Of a DNA stretch of 64,000 nucleotides, positions 20,179 through 29,500 are shown piece after piece. Origin of the DNA: a virus. The position numbers and the translations under genes were made by a program. The DNA lies in the IMG/VR virus record IMGVR_UViG_3300027668_002455, positions 96,001 through 160,000 of that record. One strand, written 5' to 3'. Below the pieces are notes generated by a model. It worked only from the letters and a program-made list of their open reading frames with translations, made no database searches and was not told the origin of the DNA. Within the stretch, counting starts at the first letter, position 1, and each line of letters opens with the position of its first letter.

Positions 20179-20184
20179 GTGTAA
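20179..20184 (+). promoter_or_regulatory. GTGTAA putative late-promoter motif upstream of the tail-tip operon
   Basis: Same hexamer lies about 10-30 nt upstream of many structural gene starts (see findings). Confidence 0.6.
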
Positions 20185-20205
20185 AACATAGAAGGGATAA
20201 GGTAT

Positions 20206-20736
20206 ATGGCATCAATATATGACACTATAGCTCGGTGGTACACAGAAAATACTTATGTAAAAAACCACATTGTAGAATGGCCAGAGAATTCAAATGATTA
20301 CTGGTACTCTCTAGAAGATAGTAATAAGAGCAACGAGCCGAGCATCGGATCGCCAGTTTGGGGCGGATTCGGGACTACGGACATCCTTGGTATAACAAAG
20401 CCACAATTCTTTTGGCCCTGCTCCTATAACCAAAGTACGTCAATTTCACCTCGTGTTTTAACCATTCGATATGGTGACGGATATACCCAAAGAATTCCTG
20501 ATGGTATTAATAACAATCTATTAAATTTAGAGTTGTCTTTTGATGGGAGAGATGAACAAGAAACTTTAGCTATTATCCATTTTTTAAACGTACGTCGAGC
20601 CTCAGAGGCTTTTCTTTATACTCCACCAGCGCCCTTTGCAACGGAAAGGCTCTTCGTATGCAAAAAAATAACTTCAGCAGTAATCTTTCGCGATAATTTT
20701 AATATAAAAGTTTCTTTTGAAGAAGTTCCGGATTAG
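20206..20736 (+). CDS. Distal tail protein, lambda gpM-like
   Basis: PRVLTIRYGDGYTQRIPDGINN...IIHFL...AFLYTPP...VSFEEV. Confidence 0.9.
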   Translation: MASIYDTIARWYTENTYVKNHIVEWPENSNDYWYSLEDSNKSNEPSIGSPVWGGFGTTDILGITKPQFFWPCSYNQSTSISPRVLTIRYGDGYTQRIPDGINNNLLNLELSFDGRDEQETLAIIHFLNVRRASEAFLYTPPAPFATERLFVCKKITSAVIFRDNFNIKVSFEEVPD

Positions 20737-20740
20737 CATT

Positions 20741-21949
20741 ATGGCTGAAGAATTTGTTAATCCTAAAAATGATAGCGGTGGCGCGGTGATTTCAAAATCA
20801 CAGGCGCAAACGGCCATGAAGAACTTGCAGGCGGAAGCCACCTCTTTATCGCCCACTGCTTTAATAGAATTATTTGAAATAGATTTAAGTGATATACTTA
20901 GTCCTGATAAACTAATAGATCGAGAAGAATTTAATGCATTAAATGTATTTCTGGGAGGCTCGCTAGAAGTGAATATACATAATCCCGAAATAAATTTATT
21001 TAGATTTCATAATAACTTAAAATTAATTTCAAGAAATATTTGGTTTCAAGATAACCTATATAAAGCTATACCCATACAAGCGGATGGCTTTGAAATGAAC
21101 TCTAATGGTGTAGCCGCTACCCCCAAGCTAAGCTTAAGTGTTAGCACGGAAAAAAGTCCACCTCAATTTGCTATTTTTAAACATCTTCTTAAAGATCTTA
21201 ATGATCTAGTGGGCGCTCGGGTAAACCGTATAAGAACTTTTGCAAAGTTTTTAGATTATAAAAATTGGTATGAATTAAAAGCAGACGGAACTCCCGATCT
21301 AAATAAAAGACTATATGAAGATATTCCTAAGAATATTGCTCCAGATGAAGGCTCTTATTTCCCCCCGGATGTTTTTTATATAGATAGAAAATCACACGAA
21401 GATAAATCATCTATCCAATTTGAATTAGCTTCTTTTATTAATTTTGAAGAGCTTCAAATTCCACAAAGAATTTTTAACGTGACCCGATGTCCATGGACGT
21501 ACCGGGGACAGGGGTGTACTTACGAGTATTCCAGCATGGTAAGGGCACAACGAACTTCAGAGCCATTTCAGATGTTTTACAAGACGATGATACCAACAAA
21601 CGCTCCTCCTATAGCTACAGAAAATAATGAAACTATTTCAAGCATTGTAGAGGGATACACCCCCGAAACAACAAATACCCCCGTGCCGTGGGAGCCGGCT
21701 CTTAAATATCCCAAAAAAAGCACTGTCTATGTAACCCATAACAAAATAAATTATTATTTTGTTTCGTCCGCAGATGTACCCGAAAACACACCACCCCCTG
21801 ATAAAGATTATTGGGTAGCAGATGTGTGTGCAAAAGATCTGGGGGCATGTAAGTTAAGGTGGGACAAGAAACTCAACACTGCCCTACAAGGAAGCCCATA
21901 TGGCGCCGCAATTCCTTTTGGCGGTTTTCCAGCAATTAAGCGTCAGTAA
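20741..21949 (+). CDS. Tail tip protein, lambda gpL-like
   Basis: LIELFEIDL, PIQADGFE, GARVNRIRTFAKFLD, CPWTYRGQGCTY, DVCAKDLGACKLRW, PFGGFP (four Cys of the gpL Fe-S cluster). Start at ATG 20741. Confidence 0.92.
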   Translation: MAEEFVNPKNDSGGAVISKSQAQTAMKNLQAEATSLSPTALIELFEIDLSDILSPDKLIDREEFNALNVFLGGSLEVNIHNPEINLFRFHNNLKLISRNIWFQDNLYKAIPIQADGFEMNSNGVAATPKLSLSVSTEKSPPQFAIFKHLLKDLNDLVGARVNRIRTFAKFLDYKNWYELKADGTPDLNKRLYEDIPKNIAPDEGSYFPPDVFYIDRKSHEDKSSIQFELASFINFEELQIPQRIFNVTRCPWTYRGQGCTYEYSSMVRAQRTSEPFQMFYKTMIPTNAPPIATENNETISSIVEGYTPETTNTPVPWEPALKYPKKSTVYVTHNKINYYFVSSADVPENTPPPDKDYWVADVCAKDLGACKLRWDKKLNTALQGSPYGAAIPFGGFPAIKRQ

Positions 21950-21950
21950 A

Positions 21951-22703
21951 ATGATACTCACAAAAAAAAATAAAGAGAAAATAAAAAAACATGCCCGCGA
22001 GGAAAGCCCCCGGGAATGTTGCGGGGTATTAGTGTCTACTAACAAGGGTACTGAAGCGCACCCGTGCATTAATACCTCTTCTTTGCCTGAGTCTAATTTT
22101 AGAGTTTCTCCACGAGATTATATAAAATTTTCTAATTATGGAAAAATAGAAGCCATCTATCATTCTCACCCGTCAGGGAAAGGAGGCTTCTCCTTGGGAG
22201 ATCAACAAAATTATACAGTAAATAAAGAAAGATTTATATTATATAATATAGAAAGTGATGAATTTTTTGATTCACTAGAAGAAGGGGCATCTCCTTACTT
22301 AGGGAGAGACTTCGAACTTGGAAAAACGGATTGTATAAATATAGTTATAGACTATTATTTAAATGAACTTAAAATAAAAAGCAACTACGACGAATGTTGG
22401 CCCGGACCAAAACACTATATTAAGAAAAACGGTTCCTCCAATGTAAAAAAAGTTGTTCGTTCAATTGAAAAAGTATGGAGTGTAGGACGTATTAAAAAAT
22501 CAGAAACTCCGCGCAAACATGATATTATTTTGTATAAGGCTGACGGCATAAGGTCGGAAGTAGGGCTGCATTTAGGCGTTTGTATAGGCCACGGAAAAAT
22601 TATTATTCAACCAGTTGATAAAAAATCATGCCTAATTGATTATGAAGGATTTCTAAAGAAAAAAACAATTATGATATTTAGACCAAATTCTGCAAATGAA
22701 TAA
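21951..22703 (+). CDS. Tail assembly protein, lambda gpK-like (JAB/MPN plus NlpC/P60)
   Basis: PRECCG, IYHSHP...S.GD, YLGRDFELGKTDC, HLGVCIG. Start at ATG 21951. Confidence 0.9.
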   Translation: MILTKKNKEKIKKHAREESPRECCGVLVSTNKGTEAHPCINTSSLPESNFRVSPRDYIKFSNYGKIEAIYHSHPSGKGGFSLGDQQNYTVNKERFILYNIESDEFFDSLEEGASPYLGRDFELGKTDCINIVIDYYLNELKIKSNYDECWPGPKHYIKKNGSSNVKKVVRSIEKVWSVGRIKKSETPRKHDIILYKADGIRSEVGLHLGVCIGHGKIIIQPVDKKSCLIDYEGFLKKKTIMIFRPNSANE

Positions 22704-23493
22704 ATTAGTAAAAATAAAAATGCATGGCATTTTTGGCGAAAGAATCGGAAAGGAATTCAATTTAGCGGTGAAGTCTGTTCCAGAAGCCTTTCATGCTATC
22801 AATACGATAACAAATGGCGCTTGGCAAAGATTTCAGTGCGATATGGTTAACGACTCTCTAAAGTATAACATCTTAGTTAACGAAAAAGAATTAAATTTAA
22901 ATGAACTAGATAACTTAGATTCAAATAGTACAAGGGAAGATGAAAATATCAATTTAATAAAAAACTCTGAATTAAACTTGATCCCTAAAGAGGGTTTAAA
23001 ATCTATAGATATAGTGCCCAGTGTTGAGGGCCAAATGGGCTGGATTGCTGCCACGATTGCTCTTATCATAATAACGACAATAATCACACTAGCATTAATG
23101 AAGCCCCCAGCGTTTAAGAGCTTTAAGGAAATTGAAGACACAAAAAAGGGGTCATCTTACCTTTTTGATGGTCCCAAAAATACAGTAAACGAAGGGGGGC
23201 CAATTCCGCTTGGCTATGGAAGAGTTATGGCGGGATCTCAAGTTATAGCTCAGAGTTATTCGGTTTACCATCAAGACGCCACTGATAGCTCTCTAGATTC
23301 AAACGGAGCACCGACACCAATACAAGGTTATGATGCCTATGATGAAACGGAGCTTTGGGAGAATATGGGGTATCCCGGCATCTTTAATATGACGTCATAT
23401 TTAGAGGCAAAAAATCTAAACAAACCTTTTCTAGGGGAATATGATCCCAATGCCCTTGGTACACGGATCGGAAAAAAATTTATTGGTCTTTAG
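22696..23493 (+). CDS. Tail assembly protein, lambda gpI-like
   Basis: IKMHGIFG...LAVKSVPEAFHAI, IDIVPSVEG, hydrophobic segment, SYLFDGPKNTVNEGGPIPLGYGRVMAGSQVI. Confidence 0.92.
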   Translation: MNKLVKIKMHGIFGERIGKEFNLAVKSVPEAFHAINTITNGAWQRFQCDMVNDSLKYNILVNEKELNLNELDNLDSNSTREDENINLIKNSELNLIPKEGLKSIDIVPSVEGQMGWIAATIALIIITTIITLALMKPPAFKSFKEIEDTKKGSSYLFDGPKNTVNEGGPIPLGYGRVMAGSQVIAQSYSVYHQDATDSSLDSNGAPTPIQGYDAYDETELWENMGYPGIFNMTSYLEAKNLNKPFLGEYDPNALGTRIGKKFIGL

Positions 23494-23522
23494 ACTAAAA
23501 AATATAATAAGGAATTTAACAA

Positions 23523-26500
23523 ATGGCTAATGCAGAACCCGGAATTATAGTAGACGGCATTAAGAAAAAATCTATTTCTAATATAGAAACTATTGACTTA
23601 ATAGCAGAAGGACCCATTGAAGGACCCGTTAAGCAGGAGTACGACTATGTAGGAACACTGGGGGCAACTGGTTGGGATACGGTAAATGCCCAGCCCGAAA
23701 AAAACTTCTTATCCTCTTTATATCTTAATGACACCCCTGTCATGGATGAGCAGGGTCTTTATAATTTTCAAAACATAGAAGTAGCTATTACAAAAGGTCA
23801 ACCAAACGGTGGGATTGGAAACGCTCAATACTTCAATGACTGGGACATGCACGAGGCGGGTGTGGATTATTGGAAAGGTAATTCCCCAGCTTCGTTCAAT
23901 ATTAATGTCAGCCCCGACACTGAGCAAAATCCCGAACAGTATCAAAACTGTGAACTTACAAAAGTTATTAACCCCAATCCTCGTTCGGTTTCTACCTATC
24001 GTCAGAAACAAGCTGTTTTATCTCTGGGGTCCGGGTATCCGGAAAGGTCGAGCTCCGCTGCATATGGTGAGTACTCTGTAAAAATGCCGCCAAGTGCTGC
24101 ACTAGTAGTACGTGACCCGGTGCTTGGTGATGACCTTTATAATTTTTGGCCGCGACAAGGGGGCTTTGTCGCTACGGAGGAAGAAGATTATACTCCTGAG
24201 GAGATAATCGAAGCACAAAACAAACAAGCGTTCACGTTTGAAGCGCAGGTTCAAGGGTCAGACTCAAACGGGCCGCAAGTGTTAGCGGGCAAGGGAAATC
24301 CGAATTACCCGGGAGGGTGGGTACTTATGATGGTTCCTAGTAACGAGGCACTAGATGATGATGGTAATTTTTATTTTAAAGTTACCTTTATCAACAACAA
24401 CATATCACTTGACACAGGTCATGTAATGCAATTTGGGGTTTGGTCTCACGTTGCGGTGTGCCTCAGTGAAAGAGCAGTTAAAATTTTTATTAACGGTGTT
24501 GAGCAGACAGGCGGTGGCAAGAATTATCCCAATATAAAACTTTCTAGCCCCACAGACCTTTTTCTGGGTAGGCATCCTGACGGCTCAACTAACCCCTTAA
24601 GGAATGTATTTTTAGATAATATATGCATGTCAAATAGGGCAAAGTATGCAACTAATTTTACCCCGGGGAAAGTTGAGCCCAATGATAGTACTCTATTTTT
24701 AATAGATGGGGAAGATTGGCGCTTTGAAGGTGAAGTACCAATAATTCCTCAAGATGATTCTATAGAAATTAATACTATGCTGCGAGGCACCTTAGTTAAC
24801 GATCAAAGGTTTGTATTACAAAGTAACCAGATTTTAAAAGATCTCAACACAGCTGCAAACGCCACGTTTTATGACTTTAGTTGTGTAAATGCTAAATTAC
24901 TAAAAAATAATACTCCCCAGTATGACACTACGATTACTGATCCCGGTGGGGGCTCAACACCAAGCATATATTTTGATGGAACCGAAGGTCTTGCAAACGA
25001 AGGTACATTACAAAATACAAGTCGAATGGTGGATTCTTTAACTCCGCATGCAGAGGTATTTCTTAACCCCAACTACTACAACTATACCACAAATGGTAGT
25101 CGTGAGTGGTTATTTGAAACGTGGATTTATCCCGCTTCGATGTCCAATGGGGATGAACAGTTTGTTGCGGGTCTAATGAGAGGCGATGGAACTTCTGCCC
25201 CATGGATGCTAACAACGAAACACGAATCTGGCGCTACTAAAATTTATTGGTCGTGCGTAGATATTACCGATGAATCTGTCAAGCAGCTTTCAGGATCAAT
25301 TTCAACGGCAAGCTGGAATCATGTTCAGGTTATATATAATGGTAGTTATTGTAGACTTTTTGTGGATGGAATACAGGTAGACACACGTGGAATCATCCCT
25401 TCGCACGAAACCCTCAATGAGGATACTCGCTTTTGCATTGCCCGTTCACATCCGAACGTAATAATGGATAGTTTTAAAGGATATATATTCAATGCAAGAA
25501 TACTGGGAGGCGAGTCCATCGCTCCAGTGGAAACAGGGAACACCTCTGTTTGGAGGAAGATTACGGCTATGGGTCCGAGTGTGCCAACAGCGGCGTTTAC
25601 ATCCACGACCAACTGCAAACTACTACTCCATTCAAACACTACGGATGGCTCCACTACGTTCACTGATTCAACTGGTAATTATAGCATAGGCAGATTTGGA
25701 AACGCCGTAAATTCAACGACTAAGAAAAAGTTTGGGACATCTTCGATTTATTTTGATGGATGGAACGATGGCGGCGAACTCGCGTCATCGCTCTATATAG
25801 ACACTACTGCGGGACAACTTGGCGTAGGCGTATATACAGTTGAGATGTGGTTTAACACTAGCAAGTCCGGCCTGCAGTATTTGATATCCAGAAATTCCAG
25901 CCAACAATATGGTGGGCTTTGTATCAGTCCAGAGAGTAACTATATACAATGGGGCGGGAATTGTACTGGTCCAGTCTTGCATGCGAGCGGTGTGACCATT
26001 AATCTAAACACTTGGCACCACGTTGCAGTAGTAAGTAATGGTAAAGGAAACAGCGCCCACATCTACTTTGACGGGGTTCAGGTTGGACACACTTCGTCTT
26101 GGGATAATTGGGGTTATCCGACTGCATCACACCGGATCACCATTGGCGCACAGACTTATAATGGCGCTCGACCTCGTTACCTTTTTGAGGGCTACATAGA
26201 TGAAATTCGTTGGAGTGACGTACCTCGTTATTCGCCTCAGGAGAATTATGCCACATTGAGCTCCACAGACTTCGCAGGTTGCGGCGTGTTGGGCGATGGC
26301 AATTTATCCTTTACAGATGCAAGTGGGCACTGTGCAGCGAGGTCGACCCAAACCATCGCTCCGGGTAAGGGTAAAATCTACTTTGAAGTCCTGTGTATTG
26401 ACGCTGCCAGTATCTGGTCCAGTCCGCCCGCCATCGGGGTCATGGGTGTTGGAAGCCCGATTAGCAGACAACTCGACGCGAGTCCATCAAGATGGGTTCG

Positions 26501-29500
26501 CGGAAACGGGTACAAATATAGTAATGGTTCTGAGATTGCAGCGGGCTACTCCACATGGAGCAATGGCGATATTATTGGGGTAGAGATTGATAGCACCGCA
26601 GGAACTTTCAAATTTAGGATTAACAATGGAAGTTGGACTACCGCATTCACAGATTTAGGAGACACCACTTGGATACCCACGATAAAAATCGCGGAAACAA
26701 GCATTAAGTTGACCGTTAATTTTGGGCAAGATTATTATTTTGCCGGCGGCAAGCCCAGCGGTCAAGATACCAGCCAGACACAATTTTATTACGCGCCCCC
26801 GAGCGATGCAGTAGCACTTAGCTTGCTCACTGTGGGTCAAGCAACGGTCTCGAGCAGTAGGCCGGGGCAGGTGTTTGCTTTGCAGTCTGATGCGGAAGAT
26901 GGTACCACGGAGTTTACGGATCTGTCATCTTATCGAAACGCCATAACAGCTAATGGCTCCGTTGAAAACTCAACCGATGTAAATAACCAAGCGGGAAATC
27001 AGGAGAGTAGCGTTTTCTTCAACAAAGCAGCTGGCACATTTCTTTCCTCAACCGCCGCAAAGGATGGTGCAAATTTTAATAACGACGATTGGACTGTGGA
27101 GCTCTGGGTGCGCCCAGATCACGCGCTGGGCAGCACCGCCGAATGCTTTATGAGTTGCGGAGGCGGCACGGCTAATTGGAATAGTTCTACTGGACACAGC
27201 TGGGCTATCACTAATTATGCCAATAAGATTTATTGGCAGTGGAACACTACTGGTTCGGGTTTTGGGGAAATTTATACGTCAAATACTGCTGTGCCGGCAA
27301 ATGAGTGGACGCACATCGCGATGGTAAATCAGTCAGGAACGAAACGACTTTATATTGGCGGGGTTCAAAAAGGCGAGGACACTACAGAGAAAACAACAAC
27401 GTCAATGCCCACTATGCTTTCATTTGGTCAAACCTCTGTGTTAAATGAAGGACCCTTTGGGGGGTACATTAATAACGCCAGTATCCAGCGCGACTACTGC
27501 AAATATCCCGACGGTGCCACCTTCCTTCCCTCCACGGCTCGCTTGGTCGGATATTGGAGTAGCGGAGCTACATGGATGAATAGGCAATATGGACCCGGTG
27601 AAGGGACTAACGGTCAGCCTTACTTTACTCCAAATACCAGCCAGTTTATAGGAAATATCACAGTCGCGAACGATGGGGAGCTAGTAATACAAAAAGATTT
27701 TATTGGTACAGGTAAGCTGTTAAAAGTAACTCGTCCCGAGGATTCCATAGAAGTTGAAAGATCGGGGGGCCTTAATGTTCACGTGATTCAGTGGGGGAGT
27801 GGCAAACCCTATCCTACATACGGGACTCACTACCCATGGAATGACACCATAAACAAAAATCGACCCGGTATAGATGAAAGTACATGGGTTCCGGGCGACT
27901 ATGGTGACCTTGATGGCACGTCATTTTCGAGCCATCGCGGAAATTATATCAGAGGTCATGTCGCCAATACTCCCGTTGTAGAAACTGAACACCTTATCAA
28001 AAAGAGATTTTTTGTGCAAAAGGTTCCGCTTAAGGGTGGGGAGAATTATACTATCTCGTGCAGGTCTTATAGGGCTACAAACACATCCCAAGGCAATGCC
28101 GGGTTTAAATTTGTTGCGTGGTTGGATTCAGGTAGTGGTCCCTATGCTGAATCAAGTACTTTTACCCCTATCGCAGAGAAGTTGTCTTCTGTAGATGAAT
28201 CCCAAAATGCCATGTCTTATACCTTCACTGCCCCGCCGGGTACGATGGAAAGCTGGATCGGAGTAGAGCTTCTACACGGAAACTCAACTCTATACTTTGA
28301 TAAAGTGACACTTGAAAGCAGTAAGGGTTTCCCCCTAACTAAAGCCAAAGCAATTAAGGAAAGATTAAGGGGCCCTACTGTAGATGGAAGCGGAAATCCA
28401 ACAGGTGATAATTATTCCGTCGACATGTTTGCAAAAAAATATAGAATTGTAAACAAGCATTGTGTGGGAGCAGAAGTTCACCTTAAAATTGACGCCTTAT
28501 ATAACAGCGTTAAAAGCTCGGGCGACTTGATTGACGCCTCTATAAATAATATCGTGGTTAAATTTAGACCACTTATACACAATGGTACCTCAGCTTATAA
28601 GGACGCCTATGATCAGCAAATTACCGGAAGGGCAGATGTACCATTTCTGTGGGTTTTTGATTTAGATTTTAAAGAAGTCATTAGTAGTTTCTCAGCTTCG
28701 GATAGAAATAACTTCTATGGATGGGAAATAAAAATTTATAGAACAGAGCCAGAAGTAACAGTAACGAACATAAAAAAATCTACAACAGTTGATGTGTTAG
28801 TAGAAAAATATGATACTGCGGCAGCCTATCCCAATTCCTCAGTCATTAGGCAGCGCTTTAATGCAGCGTATTTTAATAGCATTCCCAGTAGGTCTGTAGA
28901 TGTTCGACTTCTTCGGGTAAGAGTTCCGAGTAATTATAATCCAATCAAAAAAACATACGACGAAAGCCAAGGCCCATGGGATGGCACATGGAAAACCCAA
29001 AAATACTGGACTGATAATCCGGCTTGGTGTTTTTTAGATATGATTACCAATGACCGATATGGGTTGGGTCGGTATATACCCCTTGATGGTTTTGATAAGT
29101 GGACTCTTTATAAAATTGCACAATATTGTGATGTTATTGTCCCAGATGGTGCGGGGGGCATGGAGCCGCGATTGACCCTTAATACTATAATTACCAGTCG
29201 AGAAGATGCATTTAAAGTCATAAATGATATGGCAAGTGTTTTTAGGGGACTTCTTTATTACGCTGCAGGACAAATTTACGCAATTCAAGATTCTAAAAAA
29301 GATCCGATTTATACTTTTACAAATGCAAACGCACAAGACGGAAACTTTACTTACTCTAATAAGAGCCGTAAAGAAAGATATAATGTAGGCATTATAAGGT
29401 ATAATGATAAAACAAATTTTTATAAGCCCGCAATAGAATATGTAGAAGATTTGGCAGGTATTAGAGCTAACGGAGTTCGGGAACAAGAAATAACAGCATT

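Noticed and set aside
20141-20215. N-terminal TM extension of the GT2 given by the ORF track
   Set aside because: It is translated AT-rich divergent promoter DNA overlapping the gpM start; ATG 20140 is more plausible.
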